A stretch of DNA of 64,000 nucleotides from a virus, in the IMG/VR virus record IMGVR_UViG_3300009157_000001, positions 1-64,000 of that record. The stretch is one strand, 5' to 3'. The notes below the pieces were generated by a model. The model was not told the DNA's origin and made no database searches. It was given only the letters and a program-made list of their open reading frames with translations. Of this stretch, positions 1-10,400 are shown piece by piece. Made by a program: the position numbers and the translations under genes. How positions within the stretch are numbered: the first letter of the stretch is position 1; every line of letters starts with the position of its first letter.

Positions 1-12
1 GAATGTGGAGGT

Positions 13-1530
13 ATGTATAAGAAATCCAGACTGGCCCATGGAGGTGCATATGAACCAGGATCTACAGAATATGCAAAACCTACACCAGCTCAGAAGAGAT
101 CTTATCCCATGTATGCAAAAAGAGTTGTAGATAATGTACCTACTTATTACAAGGGATCTGGTTATTATACTTCTGATGAGTTTTCCAAACTTAACAGAAG
201 AAGTTTTGTTCCCGGGGTACCACAAGTAGTAACTCAAGAGGAATATGAAAAGACCTTAGCAGAAACTCCATACAATATAGTTTATCCCACATATAGATCG
301 GGAGGACAGAATGATTCAGATCTTATGGGAGAGAACCTAATTTCTTATAGACATGGAGGAAGAGCAGTAAAGGGATACTCTCAGGAACAAGTTATGCAAG
401 CAATGGCTCCTTATCACAATCTCCCCCAAGAAGAATATGATCAGATGTTTTATGAGATGTTTGGTCAGTATCCAGAATATAGATACGGTGGATCTAAGGA
501 TTCTAGTCTTCTAATCGAAGACACAAGATCTTTTGCTAAAGGAGGGTCTAAGAAGAAGTGGATTCCCAAGAATTTAAAAAAAGGTAGATGTACCCCTGCA
601 CCAAATCCGGATTGTCCCAAAGGTAGTCCCCAGTACAACCTGGCAATGACCTTTAAAAAGTACCACGGATTTCATAAGAAGAAACAAGATGGAGGAGAGG
701 CTCCCTTCGGAGAGACCTCTGGGGACTTTCTTGAAGGTAAAAGAATCAACTTCATGGATACTATCCGAGATAATACTATTAGATCCATGGCCTTTGATGA
801 AGCAGATGGCATCACTCAGGAGGTAAGTCAGTTTATGCAAGAAGGAGGATATACTGGATACAATCCAAATCTCTATAACCAAAACTCTTTCCAGCAATCC
901 TCCGATAATCTACAATATTCCCCTGAGGAATTTATAGGAGATATCCAGGGAATAGGCAACATATCCTCTGACTTTTATAGACACGGTGGATATTACAAGG
1001 CCCAGGGGGGTGTTGAAGTTCCAGGGAAAGAACTTCCTCCTTATCTTCCTTCAGGAGAAACTCAGTATGTATATAATATTCAAGGATTTCCTACTACAGC
1101 AGAGGACCTCTATAGTCCAGAGAGTAATATTAATGTTCAGAATATGGGACTGGCTTATCTGGAACAACCACAACAACCAAGAAGAGGATTCCAACCTGGA
1201 CCAGGGGCTGCTGATGCTTTACTAGCAGGTATGAGTATGGGATCAAGTCTTATGGAACAGAGGGAAAGAAGGAAAAGAGAAGAAGAAATGAGGAAACGCA
1301 GGATAGGAGATGCAGTTTTTCAACCAGCACCGGCTTCTCAAGGATCCCGAGGAGACTATGATCCAAACTCTGGATTATTCAGACCTGATCAGGATGTTCC
1401 TGTACAGTTCCAAGGAAGGACGTCCCGATATGGAGGGATGAACTACAAACAGGGAGGAGAGTACGAACTCACAGATGAAGAGATATCTCAGATTGTCAAA
1501 TTAGGGGGTGTCATAGAATATCTTGATTAA
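13..1530 (+). CDS. Low-complexity virion cargo/internal protein (crAss-like) with repeated xxGG motifs
   Basis: 505-aa Y/Q/G/E-rich ORF at the head of the + strand block; about 12 GG motifs, mostly of the form [YF][RKAQ]xGG; function inferred from position. Confidence 0.6.
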   Translation: MYKKSRLAHGGAYEPGSTEYAKPTPAQKRSYPMYAKRVVDNVPTYYKGSGYYTSDEFSKLNRRSFVPGVPQVVTQEEYEKTLAETPYNIVYPTYRSGGQNDSDLMGENLISYRHGGRAVKGYSQEQVMQAMAPYHNLPQEEYDQMFYEMFGQYPEYRYGGSKDSSLLIEDTRSFAKGGSKKKWIPKNLKKGRCTPAPNPDCPKGSPQYNLAMTFKKYHGFHKKKQDGGEAPFGETSGDFLEGKRINFMDTIRDNTIRSMAFDEADGITQEVSQFMQEGGYTGYNPNLYNQNSFQQSSDNLQYSPEEFIGDIQGIGNISSDFYRHGGYYKAQGGVEVPGKELPPYLPSGETQYVYNIQGFPTTAEDLYSPESNINVQNMGLAYLEQPQQPRRGFQPGPGAADALLAGMSMGSSLMEQRERRKREEEMRKRRIGDAVFQPAPASQGSRGDYDPNSGLFRPDQDVPVQFQGRTSRYGGMNYKQGGEYELTDEEISQIVKLGGVIEYLD

Positions 1531-1541
1531 AACTTTTTCTA

Positions 1542-3860
1542 ATGAGAAAAGTCAAAATAACAAGGATACCGAGCAAGACTAACAACCAGTCTTTCTGGAA
1601 TAGTATAAATAGTAACAAACTATCTTCTCCTGGAATAAAGGTCAGATCTACCATAGAACCAGTTCCTGAAGAAGAGAGTAACCTAGAGGCAGAAAAAGGA
1701 GAGGTTGTTGTTGGAGATATTAATAATGATACCTTACCTGAGTTCTATAAGGTAGGAGGTGACCGGCATTATGATGGAGGGACCCCTTTGTCTTTACCTG
1801 AAAACACCTTTATCTTTTCCCGGGACAAAGATATGAGGATCAAAGAAGAGATCATTCAGAAGGAATTTGGAAAAGCTTATAAGAAAAAAGGATATACCCC
1901 TGCAGAACTTGCTATAAAATATGACATAAATAAGTATAGGAAACTTCTCCAGGATCCTGATTCTGATGAGATCCTAAAGAGGACTGCCGAGAGCATGATT
2001 GCAAATTATAATCTGAAGCTTGGTAAACTCGCCCTGGTACAAGAATCTATGAAAGGATTTCCTCAAGGAATCCCCCAGATAGCTATTCCATATCTCACAG
2101 TTAACAATATTGACCCCGCTTCCTTTATTGCACCTGCCGGTCCAGCAGAAGGTCCCAGTCAGACACAGGGAGCAAGACATGGTGCTGAGGTCATGAAGAA
2201 ACTTAAGAAGAATAAGTACTTGCCTGTCTATGAACACGGATCAGAAGTATCTACTGTTAAAAGGAGAATAAAGATAAGCTCTCTTCCTAGATACCAGGAA
2301 GGGTCTGAGACAAAGAAGCCCGGGGAAACTACTCCTACAGCATCTCTTAGTGGATTAACTCCATCTGAAAGGTACAAGAAGCTCTATGGTACTGATATCA
2401 CAGAAGATACTTCTAAAGCTGCACTTCTTCTTGAGGCTAAATCCAAAGATAAAGACAGTGGGGTAACCTTAAATAAGAAGACAGGTAAGTATGAGTTTTT
2501 CCCGGGATCTAAGAGATCTCTGAGTCTTCAGGATAAGATACTTATAACACAGGTGGCTTCCTATAACAAAGAGAATAACCTGGGTTCAGGAGAACTTAAG
2601 ATAGGTACCCAACATATAGATAAAGGATCCGGATTTGTGGGCTTTATAACCCCAGATGTTATTGAGTACCAATACTGGAAGTCTAATAGAAAGAATCTGA
2701 ATAAACCTCTTTCTGAGTTTGAGGGCCTTCCCAAAGAAGACAAGGAAAAGAACCGGGTTAATTATCTCAAATATATGGGATATACTCCCGAAGAGGTAAA
2801 GGATCTTGGAGATAAGATATCCTCTCCTGATCAACTGTATACAGAGGAATTTGTAGGAAAACCAGGAAAAGAAGGAGCAAAGTCTCTCACCCGGAGAGTT
2901 GAGGAAGGTTTTGGAGAAGAAGAATTCAGACCTGTACTGGGTAAGAACTACTTTGGTCTGGAGCATGCTGACTTCTATATACAACCGGAAGAGAAGGAGA
3001 CTACAAAACCTGCAGTTACTAAAGAGACCGGTCCAGTAGCAGAAAGAAAACCTTTTGTTATACCTGATGTTAAAGGGCAGGTTCCTAAGGGAGCAGACTG
3101 GTGGTTGCAGGATGTGGTGAAGACTTTTGGGTCAGCTGCAGATCTTGGCAGGATAAAGAAATACACCCCCTGGGGAGCTCCTATTGAGCCTTTCTTACCT
3201 GAACCTACCTTCTATGATCCTACAAGAGAACTAGCTGCTAATGCAGAACAAATGCAAATTGGGACTCAGGGAGCAGCTATGTTTGCAGGCCCTCAGACTT
3301 ACAGTGCCCGATTTTCCAGAATACAAGGAGAAGGTGCCCGGAATGCTGCAGATATCCTGGCCAAGTACAATAACATGAATGTTACTGCGGCTAATCAGTT
3401 TGCCTTAACCAGAGCCGAGATACTCAATAGGGCAGAAGGAGCCAATAAGCAGCTCTCCCAGGATCTTTATGACAAGACTACTATAGCAAACCAACAGTTT
3501 GATAATGCCAAGGCAAAAGCCCGGGAGCAGCTCAGATCCTCTTTTATAGATGCTATTACTAATAGAGCAAATGCTCAGGTCTTAAATGAGCTTTACCCTC
3601 AATACAACATTGCTCCATTAACCGGAGGTATGATGAGATTTACCGGAGGAAGAGATCTTATTCCATCTTCAGGGCAGGAAAGAGATGTGATGAAAGAAGT
3701 CTCTAAACTTAAATATGAGAACCCTGGATTTGATGATAGTGTTTATCTCAATGCTGCTAAACTTAATATGAACTATGACCAACCTACTACAAATGTTCCT
3801 GATTCTGAATATTTTGACAGGTATACAAAAACAAGAAAAAAAGTAGGAGGGACTAGATAA
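1542..3860 (+). CDS. Virion cargo/internal protein (crAss-like)
   Basis: 772-aa ORF; N-terminal EAEKGE...GGDRHYDGG...FIFS block; Q/A/N-rich helical C-terminus typical of ejected proteins. Confidence 0.6.
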   Translation: MRKVKITRIPSKTNNQSFWNSINSNKLSSPGIKVRSTIEPVPEEESNLEAEKGEVVVGDINNDTLPEFYKVGGDRHYDGGTPLSLPENTFIFSRDKDMRIKEEIIQKEFGKAYKKKGYTPAELAIKYDINKYRKLLQDPDSDEILKRTAESMIANYNLKLGKLALVQESMKGFPQGIPQIAIPYLTVNNIDPASFIAPAGPAEGPSQTQGARHGAEVMKKLKKNKYLPVYEHGSEVSTVKRRIKISSLPRYQEGSETKKPGETTPTASLSGLTPSERYKKLYGTDITEDTSKAALLLEAKSKDKDSGVTLNKKTGKYEFFPGSKRSLSLQDKILITQVASYNKENNLGSGELKIGTQHIDKGSGFVGFITPDVIEYQYWKSNRKNLNKPLSEFEGLPKEDKEKNRVNYLKYMGYTPEEVKDLGDKISSPDQLYTEEFVGKPGKEGAKSLTRRVEEGFGEEEFRPVLGKNYFGLEHADFYIQPEEKETTKPAVTKETGPVAERKPFVIPDVKGQVPKGADWWLQDVVKTFGSAADLGRIKKYTPWGAPIEPFLPEPTFYDPTRELAANAEQMQIGTQGAAMFAGPQTYSARFSRIQGEGARNAADILAKYNNMNVTAANQFALTRAEILNRAEGANKQLSQDLYDKTTIANQQFDNAKAKAREQLRSSFIDAITNRANAQVLNELYPQYNIAPLTGGMMRFTGGRDLIPSSGQERDVMKEVSKLKYENPGFDDSVYLNAAKLNMNYDQPTTNVPDSEYFDRYTKTRKKVGGTR

Positions 3861-3895
3861 ACTTTCAAAGGTTAGGATATAAGATTTAAACTTCT

Positions 3896-3903
3896 TAGGT
3901 TTG
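3896..3903 (+). promoter_or_regulatory. Bacteroidota -7 promoter element (TAnnTTTG)
   Basis: TAGGTTTG ends 4 nt before the HNH ATG at 3908. Confidence 0.5.
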
Positions 3904-3907
3904 TTCC

Positions 3908-4405
3908 ATGAAGCAAATACCACTATCAAAGGGGATGGCTACAATGGTAGATGATTCTGATTTTGAATATCTAAATCAGTGGAATTGGCACATACAGGAA
4001 TTCTCTACAGTAAGATATGTTATAAGAAGAGTTTACTGTGAGGGAGGTCGTAAGAAAACTATATTAATGCATAGACTCATCTTAGGATTAACAGATTCCT
4101 CTGAATTATGTGATCATATAGATCATGATGGTTTGAATAATCAAAAGTCAAACTTAAGAAAATGTGAAAGAAGTGGAAATAATAAAAATACAACATCCAG
4201 GAGAGGGTCTAGTTCCAAATATTTGGGTGTAGGGTTTTATCCAGATTCCGGAAGTCTAGAGAAACCTTGGAAAGCTCACATAAGAGTAGATAAAAAACTT
4301 AGAAATCTTGGTTTCTTTTCTACAGAAGATATTGCAGCAAGAGTATATGACAAGGCTGCCAAAAAGCATCATGGTGAGTTTGCCAATTTAAACTTTAAGA
4401 ACTAA
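3908..4405 (+). mobile_element. Free-standing HNH homing endonuclease with C-terminal AP2 domain
   Basis: MHRLIL...DHIDHDGLNNQKSNLR (HNH) followed by SKYLGV...WKAHI...LGFF...AARVYDKAA...HGEFANLNF (AP2); inserted between cargo genes. Confidence 0.9.
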
Positions 4406-4408
4406 TCT

Positions 4409-7400
4409 ATGGCCACATATATCCAGGGGCTGTCCGACTATATACCTGAAGTTCAGCCATTTAGACCTGACTTTAACTTTTATGCCTCGGCACTCCAAAC
4501 TAAACAGAGTCAGTATGAGGCAGGTTATCAAAAACTTAGTAGCATATACGGGAGTCTTCTTAATTCTCCCATGTCCCGGGATTCTAACATAGCCCGGAGA
4601 GATGAGTACTTCAAAGCAGCAGATGATAGTATCAAGAAGATATCCGGTCTGGATCTCTCTCTTCAAGAAAATGTAGAGCAAGCATACCAAGTATTCAAAC
4701 CTTTTTATGAGGATCCTTACATGGTCAAAGACATGGTCTGGACCAAACAGTACAACAATGAATTAGGAAGAGCAGAGAATTTCAGGAACTGTATTGATGA
4801 GAAGAAGTGTGGAGGAAAATATTGGGACACCGGGGTAGCTGCCCTTAACTACAAAATGGAAGAGTTCAGGAATTCTTCTGATGATCAATCTCTTCAATTC
4901 AATTCTCCCAGGTTTACTCCCTTTGTAAATATGACCCAGAAGGCTCTGGAAGCTGCTAAAGAAGCTGGGTTCAATGTGAAAGTTGATAGTAGACGGGGGG
5001 GATATATTGTAACCACAAAGAACGGAGCAGCTCTTTTAGGATCTGGTACCAAGAATGATCCGGGTATATTACCCTCTTTCTTCACAAATCTATTTGGTAG
5101 TGATCCTGCTATTATGGATACTTTCAAAACCCAAGCTTATGTAAATAGGAAGAACTTTGAAAGAGAGAACCTGGATATATATGGAGGAGACCCTATTGCC
5201 ACAAATCAAGCTTATATGCAACAGTTTCTTACTGGTGTAGTGCCTGCTCAAAAAAGACTCCAGACAAATGCTAATAAAGACCATGATACACTCTTATCAA
5301 GAAAACAAGCTTATGATGAAATCATTGAGAGAGATGGAGTTGTTCCCGGGAGTGATGAGCATAAGGCCTATCTTGATCTCAATGAAGAACTGGGAATAGC
5401 AACAGGTAATAAGGAGTTTTATGGTCAGGTTGGAGATCTTATAGATAGTATCGGGAATGCATCAAACATTACTATGATGCAAGACAGGGTTGATGATATT
5501 GTTGCCCGGAGTCTTTTTGGTGCAGAGGTCAAGCAAGCAGCAAACACCTTTGCATATATGAATTATGAAGAGACTATCCAGGCAGATCCTTATGCTTTAG
5601 CTTCTTATACTTCTTCTCTTTCTCTAAGGAATTCACTTACTTTAAAACAAGAAGATTTAAAAGGGGATCTTATAAAAGAGGGATATAGTCTTGAAGAAGC
5701 CGGTAAGATAATGAGTGGGCAACTTGCTGCTTATAAGAAGAATAACCCTCATGGCACTTTTGAGGATAATACTACAATGGCAGTTATAAAATCGGGAGCA
5801 ACAACAGGCACTGATGTTAAATATGAGACTCTTCAGGTGAACGAACAGGAGAGAAACAGACTCTATGGGGAAAGATGGAATGAAGAAAAGACCTTTCTTC
5901 AACAAATGGCCGAGAGGTTATCTACAGCATGGACTGTTGCTAAGAACTCTACAAATGGGGCTGCACAAATGAAACAGATTGTAGATGCTGCAGATCAGGT
6001 ATTTAAAGGATTAGGTATATCCGGCAATGAGGTGGTAAGTGGTGCTGCCTCAGGTAAGATAGAAAAAGCTCCATGGCAAGGAGGAACCGGTGTAGTAGGT
6101 GCTGCTTATGCAAAAGCTTTGGAGATTGCAAATCCTAATAGTAACTCTCCTTGGAGAGAACTTAATAAGTCTTGGTCAAAAGATTTCTGGGATGACACAG
6201 AACAGATGAGACAGGGTATCCAGGATAGGGAAGTTATGGTAAGTGAGCATGATCAGTTCTACAAAGAAAATTCTAAGAAAGTTCTTAATCTGCTTAAAGC
6301 AGAACAGACAGGAAAGAACAAAGACAAAAAAGTAGAAAGTCTTAACAATTTCCTTGCTCCTGACGGAAGAAGAAAGACTGTAAAGGAATTTCAGGAATGG
6401 TACTATAATGAACACAAAAATGACCCTGAGGTATTAAATCAAGAGATTAATATATATGACCCCCAGGTGTATGGACAGCCCGGGACACAGATAGGAACAC
6501 AACCCCTCACAGTTAAGACAGGGCCTGCTGTAGTACGGATTAAAAGAGGACAGAGTCCAGAAAAAGTTAGGGAGTTTTTGTATGCCGCAGCTCAGAAAGA
6601 ACATAAAGAACTGGACTTTGCTTATAAAGACAAGTATTTGAATCATGGAAATGCTTTTAATGGTATTCTTGCTTATGAAAACAGAGGAAAAGGAGGAGGA
6701 CTTACAGTTCAGGGAAGACAGTTCACAGCAGATTCAGCCAGTCCCCTGTCCGGTAATACTATGAATCTTATGACTGTGGTTAAGGATATCGAAAGATTAG
6801 AAGGAGAACCCGGTAAGATCAGATTTGGTTATGGAAATGCTACAGAACTACCCGAGGTAGGAGATAATTCTGGGGCTAAGACTATCCTTAAAGCTCTCAT
6901 CGCAGATTTCAAAGCAGGTCCTAAGGGTAAAGGGGATGATCCCAATAGAGCTCTTCCTACCGTGACTTATCAAGATATAGCAGCAGGATCAGATGAATGG
7001 ACTGCAGTGACTTTCAGTTTCAATGAAGGATGGGCCCAAAATAGAGGTCTTGGAAAGGAGAAGAGTCCTATACCCCAGACTGAGGGAACTGGTAAATGGA
7101 GGGAAGATGTAGTAGTATATATTCCTAAAGCAGATGCTCAGAATATATTTAGAAGAACTTCTGATCTGACTCCAGAACAAGTCATACTAGATAGGGGAAA
7201 ACCTCTGGAGGTCTCAGTAGCAGGTGGAGGAAAAGTTGTATATAAGAAAATTGCAGAAGGCAAGTTCTCAGTCAATACTTATATAGATGTCTATAAAGAT
7301 GGTCAGAGAGTTGAACAGGTTTATGATTCTAATGTCATGTCTGGAACATTCAGTGCAAAAGACCTGAGAGACAATGCACAGGCTATGATGAAGGCTGTCT

Positions 7401-7492
7401 CAAGAAATAACCAAGCCCAAGTTGATGAATACAGGAGAAATAATTCAGTAAGGAATCCTCAACAACTTCTCCCAAGTGCCGGAACAAGATAA
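4409..7492 (+). CDS. Large virion/ejection protein upstream of the RNAP block
   Basis: 1027-aa helical ORF overlapping the next giant gene; position typical of crAss-like genomes. Confidence 0.6.
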   Translation: MATYIQGLSDYIPEVQPFRPDFNFYASALQTKQSQYEAGYQKLSSIYGSLLNSPMSRDSNIARRDEYFKAADDSIKKISGLDLSLQENVEQAYQVFKPFYEDPYMVKDMVWTKQYNNELGRAENFRNCIDEKKCGGKYWDTGVAALNYKMEEFRNSSDDQSLQFNSPRFTPFVNMTQKALEAAKEAGFNVKVDSRRGGYIVTTKNGAALLGSGTKNDPGILPSFFTNLFGSDPAIMDTFKTQAYVNRKNFERENLDIYGGDPIATNQAYMQQFLTGVVPAQKRLQTNANKDHDTLLSRKQAYDEIIERDGVVPGSDEHKAYLDLNEELGIATGNKEFYGQVGDLIDSIGNASNITMMQDRVDDIVARSLFGAEVKQAANTFAYMNYEETIQADPYALASYTSSLSLRNSLTLKQEDLKGDLIKEGYSLEEAGKIMSGQLAAYKKNNPHGTFEDNTTMAVIKSGATTGTDVKYETLQVNEQERNRLYGERWNEEKTFLQQMAERLSTAWTVAKNSTNGAAQMKQIVDAADQVFKGLGISGNEVVSGAASGKIEKAPWQGGTGVVGAAYAKALEIANPNSNSPWRELNKSWSKDFWDDTEQMRQGIQDREVMVSEHDQFYKENSKKVLNLLKAEQTGKNKDKKVESLNNFLAPDGRRKTVKEFQEWYYNEHKNDPEVLNQEINIYDPQVYGQPGTQIGTQPLTVKTGPAVVRIKRGQSPEKVREFLYAAAQKEHKELDFAYKDKYLNHGNAFNGILAYENRGKGGGLTVQGRQFTADSASPLSGNTMNLMTVVKDIERLEGEPGKIRFGYGNATELPEVGDNSGAKTILKALIADFKAGPKGKGDDPNRALPTVTYQDIAAGSDEWTAVTFSFNEGWAQNRGLGKEKSPIPQTEGTGKWREDVVVYIPKADAQNIFRRTSDLTPEQVILDRGKPLEVSVAGGGKVVYKKIAEGKFSVNTYIDVYKDGQRVEQVYDSNVMSGTFSAKDLRDNAQAMMKAVSRNNQAQVDEYRRNNSVRNPQQLLPSAGTR

Positions 7493-10400
7493 AATACCAC
7501 TTCCAGCAAGTCCCTTGCTAGGGAATATACTTGCTCCGCAGGAAAGACTTACTCCAAAAGTTCTGGAGTCTGATACATTCACCTCATCTATACCTGATCC
7601 AGGACCTGCTGCATATGTAGCCCAGAAGTCTAAGTCCATGGATAGTATGGAGATGGCTAAGTTGGCCAAGGACTTTTTAAGAAAAGCTCCTGAGTATGCT
7701 TATGAAGAGGCTCCTTATACTAAAGTACACTCTTATGGTGCAAGTCATTATCATAAGAACTTTGAGAGATATTACAATAAAGCAGAATTCAAAAACCTGG
7801 GATTTAGTCCTTTTAGAGATAATGAATCTATCTACAATGACAACACCTCAGGATGGTCTGATTTTAAAAGAGCAACCGGTCAATGGGGAAGACTTGCAGG
7901 AACTGGTTTTAAGAGTGCAATAAGATCCTGGGGAGATATCTTAACCGGAGAATTTGACAGTGCAGATCTGGAATCAGCAAAAGAATTCGAGAAGGCTATG
8001 TCCGTGGGACAGTCATCAAGAGGAGGACTAAGTGGATTTGTTGCAAACACTTTCTTAAGTTCAGGATATACTTTCGGTATCATGGGGGAAATGATCTTAG
8101 AAAGTGCAGTATTTGGGGTCCTTACCGGAGGAGCTTCCGTAGCAGCTAGACTGCCTGCCCAACTTGCAATGCTTGCCCGAACCGGTCAGAAGTTTGGGTC
8201 CGTTGCTACAATGGCCGAGCAAGTAAAGAATACCACTCAGGCTATGAAAAACCTGGAGAATCTTCAAACTGCCAAGAACTTTTGGGAAACAACAAAGGGG
8301 GTAGGTAAAACCCTTCTACCAACAGAAACTATATCATATCTAGCCAATGCAGGAAAGGCAGAAGCAGTAGCAGGTCTTGCAAAGAATAGTAATCTCTTTG
8401 GTTCTTTCTATAGAGATATCAGAGAGGTTAACTTTGCTTTGTCTGAGGCAAAGCTAGAAGGGGGGATGACCCAGAGACAAGTCCAGGATGATCTTACCAA
8501 TGAGTTCTACAACAAAGAGGGAAGACTTCCAAACGAGGAAGAGGCCGGTAAGATATTCCAAGCAGCTCAACAAGCAGGTAATACAACTCTCTTAACTAAT
8601 ATCCCTGCGATTTACTGGACCAACCGGATAACCTTTGGGGATAATCTTTTTAGAGGGTTCAGACCTCTTGCTAAGCTAGAAAAGGAATATATTACTGCAG
8701 CAGGATCCAAGATAGGATTTAATGAGAAGTTGGCTAAGGCAGGAAAAGACCCCTTCTCATTTATAGAGACTAATTTTAAGAATGCAGCTAAGTCTTTATA
8801 TAACCCAAGGATATATGCCAAGACTGGTATAAAATACTTTAAGGCTAACCTCTCAGAAGGTCTTCAGGAATCCATGCAGGAGGTTATTTCAGGAGCATCT
8901 TCTGATTATTACAAGTCAATATATCAGGACCCCTCAAAGGCCAATACTGACAATATGATTGGCTCTGTTCTTACTAATACAGCAAAACAATTTACAGCAC
9001 AAGGGTTTGAGACTTTCATGGGAGGATTTCTTATGGGAGGTCTTATGCAGGTTGCTGGAGGCATTCCTGCTTGGGCAACTACTTCTTATAACAAGATATT
9101 TAAACCTTCAGAGTATCAAGCTTACAGAGACTCTAAGAAGACCTATACCGATAAGAAAGTACAGGATCTTAATGAGTTATACAAAAGCCCTCTCAAGTTC
9201 TTTGCTCCAGAACTTGTAAATCTTTCTGCTCAGACTTCTTTATCAGATAAGATGGGAGAAGCTGAAAGACAAGGAGATCAGAAGATTTACCAAGATCTAA
9301 AGGATGAGTCTACCTATAGTCATATTGTAACAGCAATTCAGACCGGGAGTTATGATATTTTTCTTGATAGGCTCAAGTCTATTAAACAAATGGATCCCAA
9401 AACTATATCTGAGGCATATGGTACAGACGGAAATCAGACCCTGGCCGATGTGGACAAGATTATCACCCGGGCAGAAGCTATTAAGAAGAATTACGATCTG
9501 GTAAAGGATAATTTCCCAAGTCCTTACAATCCAGGAAAGTTTGCATTAAATACTCCGGATAGAACCAATGAGGAACTCTCAGAAAGAGCTTGGCAAAGAA
9601 CTCTTACTGATGCTGTATTTATGCCTTATTCCTTCAATAGATCTGTTGAGAGAATGGATGGTTTACTTAAAGATTTTACCACAGATAAAGCAATAAGTAA
9701 AGCAACCAGTAATGATTTTTCAGTTTTACTGGATCCCACTAACTTGGCCAATGAGATTGGTCTTTTAAAAGCTGAGGTTAAGACATATAAGGAAGCCACA
9801 ACACCTCAAGGAAAGAAGACCGGTACTGACAAGAAAGAAAAACTTTCATTTCTTGAGGATTACGCAGAAAAGGTAAGAACCTATCAGGAGTCCCTGGCAA
9901 TAAGAGAACTTGCTTCCAGAACAGATCTGACAGAAGAAGATACAGAAGAGATTGCAAAGATCCAGGAAGAAGCTCTTACAAACCTACATAAGTCTTATAA
10001 GGAGTATGTTGGTCATCTTGCTTCTTCTACCGACTCTCACAGTTTTAATGAGGCTGTAGATAATTCTTTTATAAAGATTAAGGACTATTACTCTTTGAAG
10101 CAAGACGGGAAAAATCTAGCCCAGGCAGTTAATTTATTACACAGTCCTGAAGGATTTACCGAACATCTCAGAAGAACTCATGCCTTCATGAGGCAGGAGT
10201 ATGACAACAGAGGAGAGCTCATCAAGCAGGGGCAGGATAGGATGAATAAGGATAGAGAAACAAATGCGCTTCTCAACCGTCTCTATGAGAGAGGTCTTGT
10301 TATGACTCCTGAGGATCTGGATGCTTATCTTAAGGACGGATCAATACCTGATGTATTCTATGACATAGCTAATAAAGTACCTGTATATCAAGGATCTCCT

